From: Parcubacteria group bacterium Gr01-1014_38
GTDB taxonomy: Bacteria; Patescibacteriota; Andersenbacteria; UBA10190; CAIZMI01
Direction of reading: 5' to 3'
Assembly (NCBI GenBank): GCA_007376145.1
Contig: VMFP01000001.1
Location: 122,835-186,834 of the forward strand
Length of the DNA: 64,000 nt
Shown here: positions 16,863 through 24,826 of the stretch, piece by piece
How the letters are laid out: each line of letters starts with the position of its first letter
Numbering within the stretch: position 1 is the stretch's first letter
The notes under the pieces: generated by a model
Told to the model about the DNA's origin: nothing
What the model saw: only the letters and a program-made list of their open reading frames with translations
Databases searched by the model: none
Translations under genes and position numbers: made by a program

Positions 16863-17462
16863 GTGGTGGAGTGGAGTCGTCGCTGCGCGGTACGGCCGGT
16901 CGTCCGCGTCTTACCGACTAAGGTGACGCCGAACCGGCTTTCCGGGTTGCGGCTGGTACTTGCGGGGATGCTTGCTGGGCTGCTCTGGCGCGGAGAGTTT
17001 CTTTTCGCCGCCTGGACGTATGCAGGAGCGCTGTATACCGACGCGCTCGATGGAGAGGTCGCGCGGCTCCGAGATGCGCGCACCCGGTTTGGCGCACGTC
17101 TTGATCCCTCTGTGGACAAAGTCCTCCACGGCGTCCTGTTTCTGTATTTTTGGAGCGAGGCTCCGGTATTGCTCGGTCTGCTCTTGCTTCTCGACCTCGG
17201 TCTCTTTCTCATCGGTTTGACACTGGTCTTGAGGTCAAGAGCACCATCGCGGGATCTGTCGGCTTCCGTCTTCGGCCGCTGGAAAATGATCTTCCAGGCC
17301 CTTGCCTGCGCGGCCTTGTTGTGGAACGTGCTCATCCCTTCCCTCCCCTTCCCGCGTCCGACGGTCGTCGCGCTCTTGTCGCTTGCGCTCGCTTTTGCCT
17401 TCTTGTCCGTGGTGGGGTACATCCGGAGATTTCGCGTAAGAGAAAAGAGCCCCTCGCTTTGA
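16863..17462 (+). CDS. CDP-alcohol phosphatidyltransferase family protein
   Basis: Signature D-G-x2-A-R-x8-G-x3-D-x3-D is present as DALDGEVARLRDARTRFGARLDPSVDK. The start is placed at GTG 16863, after the CorA-like stop. The ORF-track start at 16785 is possible but overlaps that gene. Confidence 0.84.
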   Translation: MVEWSRRCAVRPVVRVLPTKVTPNRLSGLRLVLAGMLAGLLWRGEFLFAAWTYAGALYTDALDGEVARLRDARTRFGARLDPSVDKVLHGVLFLYFWSEAPVLLGLLLLLDLGLFLIGLTLVLRSRAPSRDLSASVFGRWKMIFQALACAALLWNVLIPSLPFPRPTVVALLSLALAFAFLSVVGYIRRFRVREKSPSL

Positions 17463-17492
17463 ACGAGAGGCTCGTTGAAAAAACGGAACACG

Positions 17493-18410
17493 TTACGGTG
17501 CGGCCTGCAGCTCCTCGTACACCTGCCTGGCGATGTTGTCGAGGTAGGTGGCGAGTGGCAGGGTGAGTGAAGAGATGAGTCCACAGGCGCACATGACGAA
17601 ACCTTCACCGCCGAACGAATGCTGAAAGACTGACTGCACCGGAGCACCGCACTCGCGAAGAGCGCGCTCGACCACGAGATTTTGATACTCCACGAAGGGC
17701 TGGTTCGAGAGTACCAAGTAGAACCCAGGTCGCGGCTTGTGCTTGGTAAACCACTCCTTGGCGGTGTCACCAGTGTTCGGTGGTCGCGTTCCGCCGTCAG
17801 TCTTCGGTTGGAGCGGTGTGTTCACCAGTTCGTACTTCCACTCTGGGGGAAGCTGCGACTGCTGCCAGGTGAACTCCATCATCTCGGCCTCGGTCGTCGG
17901 CATCCGCTCTGGCGCAGTCCACCCCTCCTTGAAGGGAAGTTCGGCCGGAGTACAGAGCACCTCACGACTCTCTTTCACGGGATCGAGCGGGCGAGCGCCA
18001 CCGAAGAGGTAGGCTTTCCAGTCGCGCTGGAAATCAACGCGCGGTGCGAACGTGGTGAAGTCCTGCAGGCGGCTGACGACACGAGGTCGCAGTGCGCCGA
18101 GGAGGACCATGCCTTCGTAGATGACGGGTCGCGGCTCAGACGGCGGGTACTCCGGTGGGAACTCCAGGAAAGGTGGAACTTCATCGATGCAGTCCAGCTC
18201 ACGCAACAGAGCGAGATCGTCATCCTTCGGCGGCTCCCCCTTGATCTGGAATCGAAGGTAGCCCTCCTTGAACCACTTTTGCTGGAGACGGTCGTTGAGG
18301 TCCTTGGGCGACACGTCGTCGGGCACGTCAATGCCGTACTTGCGGCAGAGGACGAGCAGCTTCGGAACCGGTCGGCTATTCTGAAGTGGGCCATTCTGAA
18401 TCAAGCGCAC
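17493..18410 (-). CDS. hypothetical protein, 305 aa
   Basis: GTG 18410 with GGAGGG 6 nt upstream and its own promoter. The N-terminal KLLVLCRKYGIDVPDDVSPKDLNDRLQQ resembles a SAP/HeH helix-extension-helix motif. The rest is unrecognised. Confidence 0.7.
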   Translation of the reverse strand: MRLIQNGPLQNSRPVPKLLVLCRKYGIDVPDDVSPKDLNDRLQQKWFKEGYLRFQIKGEPPKDDDLALLRELDCIDEVPPFLEFPPEYPPSEPRPVIYEGMVLLGALRPRVVSRLQDFTTFAPRVDFQRDWKAYLFGGARPLDPVKESREVLCTPAELPFKEGWTAPERMPTTEAEMMEFTWQQSQLPPEWKYELVNTPLQPKTDGGTRPPNTGDTAKEWFTKHKPRPGFYLVLSNQPFVEYQNLVVERALRECGAPVQSVFQHSFGGEGFVMCACGLISSLTLPLATYLDNIARQVYEELQAAP

Positions 18411-18477
18411 GGTATGCCCTCCGCATACGAGGAAATAGGTTGTGAGAGTTCAGATCCCAGAACGTCTGGGGACCAAA

Positions 18478-18506
18478 ACCATAGCATGTCTCATCCCCCA
18501 TGTCAA
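18478..18506 (-). promoter_or_regulatory. promoter of 17493..18410
   Basis: Minus strand: TTGACA (18506..18501), a 17-nt spacer, then TATGGT (18483..18478). The -35 lies 5 bp from the IS end. Confidence 0.5.
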
Positions 18507-19558
18507 GGAAATGTATTGTGCCACCACATTTTGCACTGCTCCGGGTACTTTTCCCCAAGGAACTGAACCGGTGATTTGAGCCCGAGGGCGTGGTGCGGCC
18601 GCTCGGTGTTGTGCCAGAGGAGATGCTCGACGAGCCGGACGTTGAACCGTCGAACGTCAAGGAGGAGTCCCGCGTGATAGTTCACGAACTCCTCCTGAAG
18701 GGTGCGGTTGAACCGCTCGTCGTGCGGGTTCATGCGCGGGCACTGCGGGTACGTCTTCCAGTGGGTGAGGTGCTGGTTCCGGACCTCGGCGGCAAAGCGC
18801 TTCTTGAACTCACTCCCGTTATCGGAGAGGACGTAGACCCAGGGAACCGGGAAGACCCGACGGACAAGGCGGAAGAACTCCGCCGCAGCCTGGGAGGCAT
18901 GACTCCGTGTCGCCCACGCGAAGGAGAACCGGGAGTGCGTATCGGTGAACGTGAGGAGGTACCGCCGCGTCCCGTGGAGGAACCGTTCAATGGTATCAAG
19001 GGTCACGAGATGGCCGGGATAGTCCGCGTGGAAGCCCTTCGGCTTCCGGAGGACATGTTCTCGCTTCCTCGGAACGATCCGCCCGTCGTGCCGGACCTTC
19101 TCCGGGAACAGGCGGAGGCCGCCGAGGTCGTGAATGAGACGAGCGACCGTGCGCGCAGAGGGAACGGAGAGCCTCCGTGCGATGCAGAACGGTCGGAGGA
19201 GCACGGCACACTTCGCGGGGCCGAGGTTCGGGTGTTCCTCACGGAGACGCCGGATCTCCGCGAGGACCTCCGGGGGCCACTCCGCGGTTCTCCGCCGGAG
19301 CGTGTGCGGCTTCGTACTCTTCGGGTTCAGGGCTTCCGGCATCCCACCACCCTCACGGAGCTGCTGCTTCCAGAGGAAAAGGGTTCTCCGAGACACACGG
19401 AAGGCCTCCTGGGTGGCCGCGAGGCCGTGCCGCTCCCAGAAGGCGAGGATGCGGGCGCGGTCTGTCGCTGAGCGGGTGATCATATGGGACCAGCGGAGCG
19501 CATAGTCCGACAGGCGCACAAACCCCCGGACACCGTACGAGAGACGGAGCACCCGCAT
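18503..19558 (-). CDS. IS481-type DDE transposase (HTH plus rve integrase core), 351 aa
   Basis: rve core: LVTLDTIERF...LLTFTDTHSRFSFAW...VLSDNGSEFKKRF...CPRMNPHDERFNRTLQEEF...WHNTERPHHALG. The last 3 codons and the stop lie outside the terminal inverted repeat. Confidence 0.92.
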   Translation of the reverse strand: MRVLRLSYGVRGFVRLSDYALRWSHMITRSATDRARILAFWERHGLAATQEAFRVSRRTLFLWKQQLREGGGMPEALNPKSTKPHTLRRRTAEWPPEVLAEIRRLREEHPNLGPAKCAVLLRPFCIARRLSVPSARTVARLIHDLGGLRLFPEKVRHDGRIVPRKREHVLRKPKGFHADYPGHLVTLDTIERFLHGTRRYLLTFTDTHSRFSFAWATRSHASQAAAEFFRLVRRVFPVPWVYVLSDNGSEFKKRFAAEVRNQHLTHWKTYPQCPRMNPHDERFNRTLQEEFVNYHAGLLLDVRRFNVRLVEHLLWHNTERPHHALGLKSPVQFLGEKYPEQCKMWWHNTFP

Positions 19559-19613
19559 CAGCGCTTCCGTGAACCACGCTCCAGGGAGTGCAAAATGTTT
19601 CTGGCACTATGCA
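18512..19613 (-). mobile_element. intact IS481-family insertion sequence (about 1.1 kb) with 5-bp target duplication
   Basis: Imperfect terminal inverted repeats TGTATTGTGCCACC-ACATTTTGCACT (from 18512) and TGCATAGTGCCAGAAACATTTTGCACT (reverse complement from 19613). Flanking direct repeat GGAAA at 18507..18511 and 19614..19618. Confidence 0.85.
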
Positions 19614-19646
19614 GGAAAAACCGCCTAACGCGAGCGCGCTAGGCGG
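19614..19646 (-). terminator. intrinsic terminator of the YfiH/PgeF-like gene
   Basis: Minus strand: CCGCCTA-gcgcgctcgcgt-TAGGCGG followed by TTTTTCC. The U-tract coincides with the IS target duplication. Confidence 0.6.
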
Positions 19647-19668
19647 TGCTTTGGAGAACGAGGAGCGG

Positions 19669-20466
19669 TTACTGCTGTTCCAACCACGCGATGCTGAAGT
19701 TGCGTCCGTCTACGTCTTGCTTTCCAGATTTGAAACGCGTGTACGACCAGTACGGCGGCTCTCCATTCTCCATCGCGCAGCAGGTGCACGTCGTGTCCCA
19801 GCTGATATTCTCTTCCGGGACGCCGACCTGCAGGAGGAGTCCACGCGCCAACGCGTAGAGGTCCACGGAGACGTGACCAGGCCCTGCGGGACTTTGCGTC
19901 GTTCTCCCGAGACACTGGGCAAGAAGTTCGGGACGGCGACTGCGTTTCGGCTCCAGAATCTCTGGCTTGTCGTCGTACTCTGGCAGCCAACAGCACGGAC
20001 CGACGCCGCCCTGAATCCACGCGTGCGTCTGTTTTGGATCGAAATACTCGATCGCCGACTCGATGACGTTCTTTCCATCTTGGTCAGCGCGAATCAGACA
20101 GCGATACCCGGCGTGGAGCACGGCCAATTGATCATTCTGCTGCAGGAAGACGAGCGGGCAGTCGCCGTTGAAAATGGCGATACCCGTGAGTGGGCCGGTC
20201 ACGATGCCGCCGTCCGCCGGGCTGCGCGTGCGGACAAACCCCGTCGGCCACGAGTCTCCTGTGGTCCAACTATCGTCGTCTTCGTGGAGGTGGGCAACGC
20301 GGTTGCTGAATTGCACCCATGGTCCAAAGATCCATGGCATGTGCGGAGGGAGATGCTTCTCCTTTGCCCGCATCAGCGTCTTGAGGAATTCTTCCCGGGG
20401 CTGGCTTGTCGGATGAAAGTTTCCGTCTTTGACACCAATCATTATTCGTCGCATGATCAGCGCCAT
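19669..20466 (-). CDS. YfiH/PgeF (DUF152, laccase-domain) family protein, divergent
   Basis: GDCPLVFL...LAVLHAGYRCL, VGPCCW, VDLYALARGLLLQVGVPEENISWDTTCTCC...YWSYTR...GRNFSIAWL follow the DUF152 pattern (aDC.Pv, lHaGWRG, iGP.I, dL......L...Gv....i.....CT....ffSyRR...GR). ATG 20466 with an AAAGGAG SD. Confidence 0.68.
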   Translation of the reverse strand: MALIMRRIMIGVKDGNFHPTSQPREEFLKTLMRAKEKHLPPHMPWIFGPWVQFSNRVAHLHEDDDSWTTGDSWPTGFVRTRSPADGGIVTGPLTGIAIFNGDCPLVFLQQNDQLAVLHAGYRCLIRADQDGKNVIESAIEYFDPKQTHAWIQGGVGPCCWLPEYDDKPEILEPKRSRRPELLAQCLGRTTQSPAGPGHVSVDLYALARGLLLQVGVPEENISWDTTCTCCAMENGEPPYWSYTRFKSGKQDVDGRNFSIAWLEQQ

Positions 20467-20551
20467 CAGTTGTTCTCCTTTCGTTTGAAAAGAACCGGGC
20501 GATGCATGCCAAAGGCGAGTCTATACGATCCCCGGCGCTTTGTCCAGAATC

Positions 20552-20648
20552 TGTATTGTGCCACCACATTTGGGACTCCGCGCGGGAGTGCTCCACATCA
20601 CGCGCTTCTTCACGCAGTGGTGAGTGCAGGGTAGGCTGAAGAAAGTCC
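20552..20648 (-). mobile_element. solo end / truncated remnant of a related IS481-type element
   Basis: 20552..20571, TGTATTGTGCCACCACATTT, is identical to the first 20 nt of the intact IS end at 18512. The adjoining ~80 nt still translate on the minus strand to a diverged transposase C-terminus (..LHSPL...QMWWHNT vs ..LKSPV...KMWWHNT). Homology stops at the cysS start. Confidence 0.55.
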
Positions 20649-22157
20649 ATGGTCTTGCACCTCTCGAATACGTTGACGAAAACGAAAGCAGAGATCACGC
20701 CAAGCAATCCCGACGGGATTCTGCGTCTGTACCACTGCGGGCCGACGGTGTACGGCACGCCGCACTTGGGAAACATCCGGCGATTCTTGGTCGCGGATCT
20801 CCTCGTACGGACCGCGCGGTTTCTCGGATACCGCGTGCGGAGCGTGATGAACATTACGGATGTCGGGCATCTCTTGGACGCTGACCACAATGCTGCGGGC
20901 ACTGACCGCATGCTCGTTGCCGCCCAGCGAGAGGGGAAAACGCCGCAGCAGATTGCGGCAAAGTACACAGCGGAGTTTTTCGAAGCACTCGCCGCAATAC
21001 GCGCGGAACCCGCGGACTACTACCCCCGCGCAACGATGCACATTCCGCAGATGCAGGCGATCATCCAACGCTTGATCGAGAAAGGATTGGCGTATGAGAC
21101 AAGCTCTGGCGTGTACTTCGATGTCACGAAGTGGCCGAGCTACGGGAAGCTCTCCGGGAATACGCTCGACGCTATCCGTGCCGGTGCGCGGGTGGATGTC
21201 CGCGAGGAGAAACATCATCCCGCGGACTTCGCACTCTGGGTCAAAGCGCCCAAAGAGCATCTCATGCAGTGGGACTCTCCGTGGGGCCGTGGCTATCCCG
21301 GTTGGCACATTGAATGTTCTGCGATGAGCATGCAGCTCCTCGGAGAGACCATTGATGTGCACACCGGCGGTAAAGACAATGTCTTTCCGCACCACGAGAA
21401 TGAAATCGCCCAAAGCGAAGGAGCGACGGGAATCCCCTTCGTCCACACCTGGCTCCATAACGAATTCCTCGAGCTGCAGGACCCTTCGACGGGCTCTGGG
21501 CAAGAGGAGAAGATGTCTAAGAGTGAGGGAGACATTCTGACCATCAACGATGTAAAAGCTCGCGGCTATGATCCGCTCGCTTTTCGGCTGCTCTGTCTCC
21601 AAACGCATTACCGCTCGAAACTCCACTTCTCGTGGGAGAGCATGGATGCGGCGGCATCTGCGCTGAAGAGTCTCCGTGATTTTGTCCGGAGGCTGGGAGA
21701 AGTGCGGGATGCGGCAACGGACAACAGGCAGCCGGTAGCAGGGAACGGACTTGCGGCGTTGGAGCAGCGATTTACCGACGCGCTGGCTGACGATCTGGGC
21801 TCCCCGCAAGCACTTGCGGCGGTGTTTGACTTTCTTCGTGAAGTGAATCCAAAACTCCAGTCAGGCGAGTTGGGCGCGGATGACGCAGAGGCGATTCGCG
21901 TGACGTTCCGGAAGCTCGATACCGTGCTCGCGCTCCTGGATGTGGACGTGCCACTTCCCTCCCCCGACGTTCCCGCCGAGGTTCAAAAACTTGTGGCCGA
22001 TCGCGAAGACGCCCGCCGCCGCCGGGATTTCGCTGCCGCCGATCGTCTCCGGAGCGACATCCGCGCTCATGGCTATACTGTCGATGACACGCCTCAAGGT
22101 CCGCGCGTTACGCAAAGTTCTACTGCTGGCGGAAATCGTACAGCGCGGACTTCTTGA
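20649..22157 (+). CDS. cysS: cysteine--tRNA ligase
   Basis: LYHCGPTVYGTPHLGNIRRF (HIGH-type motif), W.IEC, KMSKSEG. The 399-aa minus ORF 20610..21809 is its antisense shadow. Confidence 0.96.
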   Translation: MVLHLSNTLTKTKAEITPSNPDGILRLYHCGPTVYGTPHLGNIRRFLVADLLVRTARFLGYRVRSVMNITDVGHLLDADHNAAGTDRMLVAAQREGKTPQQIAAKYTAEFFEALAAIRAEPADYYPRATMHIPQMQAIIQRLIEKGLAYETSSGVYFDVTKWPSYGKLSGNTLDAIRAGARVDVREEKHHPADFALWVKAPKEHLMQWDSPWGRGYPGWHIECSAMSMQLLGETIDVHTGGKDNVFPHHENEIAQSEGATGIPFVHTWLHNEFLELQDPSTGSGQEEKMSKSEGDILTINDVKARGYDPLAFRLLCLQTHYRSKLHFSWESMDAAASALKSLRDFVRRLGEVRDAATDNRQPVAGNGLAALEQRFTDALADDLGSPQALAAVFDFLREVNPKLQSGELGADDAEAIRVTFRKLDTVLALLDVDVPLPSPDVPAEVQKLVADREDARRRRDFAAADRLRSDIRAHGYTVDDTPQGPRVTQSSTAGGNRTARTS

Positions 22158-22258
22158 CACGTGCCCGGCGCCCATGATAATTTCGTTTGCTGCTTCGTGT
22201 TGCTACTTCAGGGAAGTAGCGGGTGTCCTTTCACAATCTGAATCTGGAGGAACAAGCG

Positions 22259-23173
22259 ATGAGAAGATCCTTTCTAGAAAAGCTTGCTCGGTATTCCGAC
22301 GATTACTCTGCGGAGTGCCTCGTTCCCACCGGCAGCTTTTCGCAAGGCTGCTCAGTGGCCGATCACCGAAAAATGTGTGAGGAGTTTGATTACCACGTGT
22401 ATCCTCTTTCTTGGTTTGATGATGAGACTCCACAGCGACGGGTGTTCCTCTCCGCCTACTACATTGATCGCTACCCCATTACTAACGCGCAGTTTGCCCT
22501 TTTCGTTCTTGAGACTGGTTACGAGACAGTGGCTGAACAGTCGGAAGGTGGACTGGTGTTCACTCGGCGCGGGTGGGAGTGGGTAAGAGGTGCGTGCTGG
22601 TACAGACCGACGGGTCCGCGAAGTTCCGTCGGCAGGCGTCAGTATCACCCCGTTTGTCAGATTTCTTGGCGTGACGCTCATTCCTACGCCGCTTGGAGAA
22701 GTAAAAGGCTTCCAACGGAGTCTGAATGGGAAAAGGCCTGCCGAGGCACTGATGGAAGAAGATGGCCGTGGTCTAATGAGTGGAAACCAGGTGTTTGTGG
22801 CTCAGTAGAATATCACGCAAAAGCCAACTTTAACACTCGAGAGGAGTGGCGCAACTGGTGGGAATCAGTCTATCGGCCCCACCTTACTTTCACCAAGCCG
22901 GTTGGATCTTACCCTAGGTCAGTGTCTGTGTATGGCATCCACGACATGGTGGGCTGTTTGTACCAATGGGTAGAAGACTGGTATGGCCCCTACAGCAGGA
23001 AAGCTACGTATAGAGGAGAATACGGTTACTTTCTAGGAAGAAACACGCTGAAGGTTGTGCGTGGCGGATGCTGGATGAATTTTAAGTTCCAAGTCAGAAC
23101 GTGTGAACGCATGGCGTCAGCCCCGCTTGTCTCTACATTCGTGCACGGTTTCCGATGCGCTCGCACCGCGTAG
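22259..23173 (+). CDS. FGE-sulfatase (SUMF1/DUF323) domain protein
   Basis: YYIDRYPITNAQF, HPVCQISWRDAHSYAAWRSKRLPTESEWEKACRG, GIHDMVGCLYQWVEDWY, VVRGGCW...GFRCAR. The start is placed at ATG 22259 (GGAGG 8 nt upstream) rather than GTG 22223. Confidence 0.85.
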   Translation: MRRSFLEKLARYSDDYSAECLVPTGSFSQGCSVADHRKMCEEFDYHVYPLSWFDDETPQRRVFLSAYYIDRYPITNAQFALFVLETGYETVAEQSEGGLVFTRRGWEWVRGACWYRPTGPRSSVGRRQYHPVCQISWRDAHSYAAWRSKRLPTESEWEKACRGTDGRRWPWSNEWKPGVCGSVEYHAKANFNTREEWRNWWESVYRPHLTFTKPVGSYPRSVSVYGIHDMVGCLYQWVEDWYGPYSRKATYRGEYGYFLGRNTLKVVRGGCWMNFKFQVRTCERMASAPLVSTFVHGFRCARTA

Positions 23174-23281
23174 GACGGTTTGTGTTCGGTTTTACCGAGT
23201 CTCAGATTTATACACAATCGAGTCAGAAATCAGGCTGAGTCTTGGTGGCTCGGCGTAATGACAAAGAAAGAGAGGCATCCT

Positions 23282-24034
23282 ATGGACAGACCTAATGTAG
23301 GACTCGTTGTTACAGGTGGAAGTACCGGTATCGGTCGCAGCATTGCTCTCGAATATGCTGCAGCCTATCCAAAGTCGAGCGTTGTCCTTGTTGCACGGGA
23401 GAAAGGTAGGCTCACAAAGGTTAAAGGAGAGATTGAGAGGCGCGGATCAAGGTGTATTGTATATGCAGGCGACCTGCGTGACCCAGCATTCATTCAGGGT
23501 TTCATTAGGGACATAAGGCTTCGAGGTCTCTCGATAACCCATCTGGTGAATAATGTGGGGTCGTCGCGCGAAGGCTCAGGAATTCTGAGCGTCACCGGGG
23601 AGGAGTGGTACGCTTCACTTCAGCTGAACCTAAACGCCGCATTTTTCTGCGCTAAAGGCGTGGTCGAACTGATGCTAAGCAAGGGTTGGGAGGGGGCGAT
23701 TGTGAATGTAAGCGCAATTGCTGCCCGTATCGGAATGCCTAAAGTTGCATTCACAACAGCGAAAGCTGGGCTGATTGGAATGACACGGTCACTCGCTCGT
23801 GTATTAGCCGCTCATGGAATTCGAGTGAACGCAGTTCTCCCTGGAGCTATCGATACTCCCGCAACTCGACATTGGACAGAAAGACAACGCAAGGACATCT
23901 GCCGGAAGATTCCTCTCGCCCGCATCGGCAAGCCCGAGGAAGTGGCTTCGGTCGTGGTATTCCTGCTTTCAGAGAAAGCCTCGTACGTTACCGGCCAGAC
24001 CATTGACGTTAATGGTGGCTGGCACATGAAATGA
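23282..24034 (+). CDS. short-chain dehydrogenase/reductase (FabG-like) with FxxxK in place of YxxxK
   Basis: TGGSTGIG, NNVG, NVSAIAA, VAFTTAKAG, PGAIDTP. ATG 23282 has GAGG 6 nt upstream; ATG 23258 is an alternative. Confidence 0.87.
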   Translation: MDRPNVGLVVTGGSTGIGRSIALEYAAAYPKSSVVLVAREKGRLTKVKGEIERRGSRCIVYAGDLRDPAFIQGFIRDIRLRGLSITHLVNNVGSSREGSGILSVTGEEWYASLQLNLNAAFFCAKGVVELMLSKGWEGAIVNVSAIAARIGMPKVAFTTAKAGLIGMTRSLARVLAAHGIRVNAVLPGAIDTPATRHWTERQRKDICRKIPLARIGKPEEVASVVVFLLSEKASYVTGQTIDVNGGWHMK

Positions 24035-24050
24035 GGTTACTGATTATTCC

Positions 24051-24083
24051 GAGCGTATTCACGCGGTGGGTACGCTCTTTTCT
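24051..24083 (+). terminator. intrinsic terminator after the SDR gene
   Basis: GAGCGTA-ttcacgcggtggg-TACGCTC followed by TTTTCT. Confidence 0.68.
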
Positions 24084-24267
24084 GTGTCTGTACAAAGATG
24101 GATGATGTGGAATATGCTTTCGTGGCTTCGAAGAGATTCTGAGGCAACGGACCTAGTACCGCTTTCGTATCAGTAGTGCAAAAAAGTGCTTGAAAGACAG
24201 ATTCGTGACCTTTCACTGAAGCTTATGATTCAATGCCAACCACGAGATTCAAAAAGTCAACCAAGTA

Positions 24268-24765
24268 ATGTTTATCGTCTCTATGGGGAATAACGCGTTG
24301 GTAGAGTGTACAACTCTCTACGGGGATCGGAAGTTAGTGAAAGCAAGTGCACTGACGTTCCGCCCAGCGGCTTACGCACTTGTTTTGCGTGAAGGCAAGT
24401 TGTTGCTCGTAAATACGCGGAGTACAGGAAAGTGGTTCTTCCCGGGCGGCGCAATCGAGCGGGGGGAGACGATGAGAGATGGTATCCTGCGAGAGGTCCG
24501 GGAGGAAACCGGAGTCGAAATTGAAGTCAGGGAATTGTTTCAGTGTAAAGAGAGCTTTTTTTACTATGATCCTTGGGACGCCGCATACCATAGTTTCTCC
24601 TTCTTCTACACCGCCGTTCCAAAGACCTTTGAATTGACGGAAGCGTATAACGCAGAGGATAAGGAGGCGAAAAGTCCCGCGTGGGTAGACGTGAAACAAC
24701 TTAAAGCAAGCGATTTCCAGTTACTCGCGGGAGAAATATTTGAGGCATTCATTCGCACAACATAA
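24268..24765 (+). CDS. NUDIX hydrolase
   Basis: The Nudix box G-x5-E-x7-REUxEExGU is present as GGAIERGETMRDGILREVREETGV. Confidence 0.88.
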   Translation: MFIVSMGNNALVECTTLYGDRKLVKASALTFRPAAYALVLREGKLLLVNTRSTGKWFFPGGAIERGETMRDGILREVREETGVEIEVRELFQCKESFFYYDPWDAAYHSFSFFYTAVPKTFELTEAYNAEDKEAKSPAWVDVKQLKASDFQLLAGEIFEAFIRTT

Positions 24766-24826
24766 AATCTGTGGGGGTATGTCTCGGAAGTGGACGCACG
24801 TTTTACCGTCGCGTTTCGTTTTTCAC

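Noticed and set aside
20552-20628. Solo IS end considered as a complete MITE with its own second inverted repeat
   Set aside because: The reverse complement of the candidate right end (..cagtggtgagtgca) matches the left end only weakly, with a shifted CACCAC. The diverged transposase-tail coding potential fits a truncated IS better.
20610-21809. 399-aa minus-strand ORF covering most of cysS
   Set aside because: It is the antisense shadow of a gene with unmistakable CysRS motifs. The product is Arg/His/Pro-rich with no motifs, which is typical of long spurious ORFs in high-GC DNA.
22202-22220. Hairpin GCTACTTCaggGAAGTAGC after cysS, considered as a terminator
   Set aside because: There is no U-tract (it is followed by GGGTGTCC) and it overlaps a possible alternative start of the next gene. 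It is not strong enough to call.
24180-24205. agtgcaaaaaagtgc resembling the IS inverted-repeat core AGTGCAAAATGT
   Set aside because: Only about 9 nt are shared, in an AT-rich spacer, with no adjoining IS-like sequence. Probably chance.
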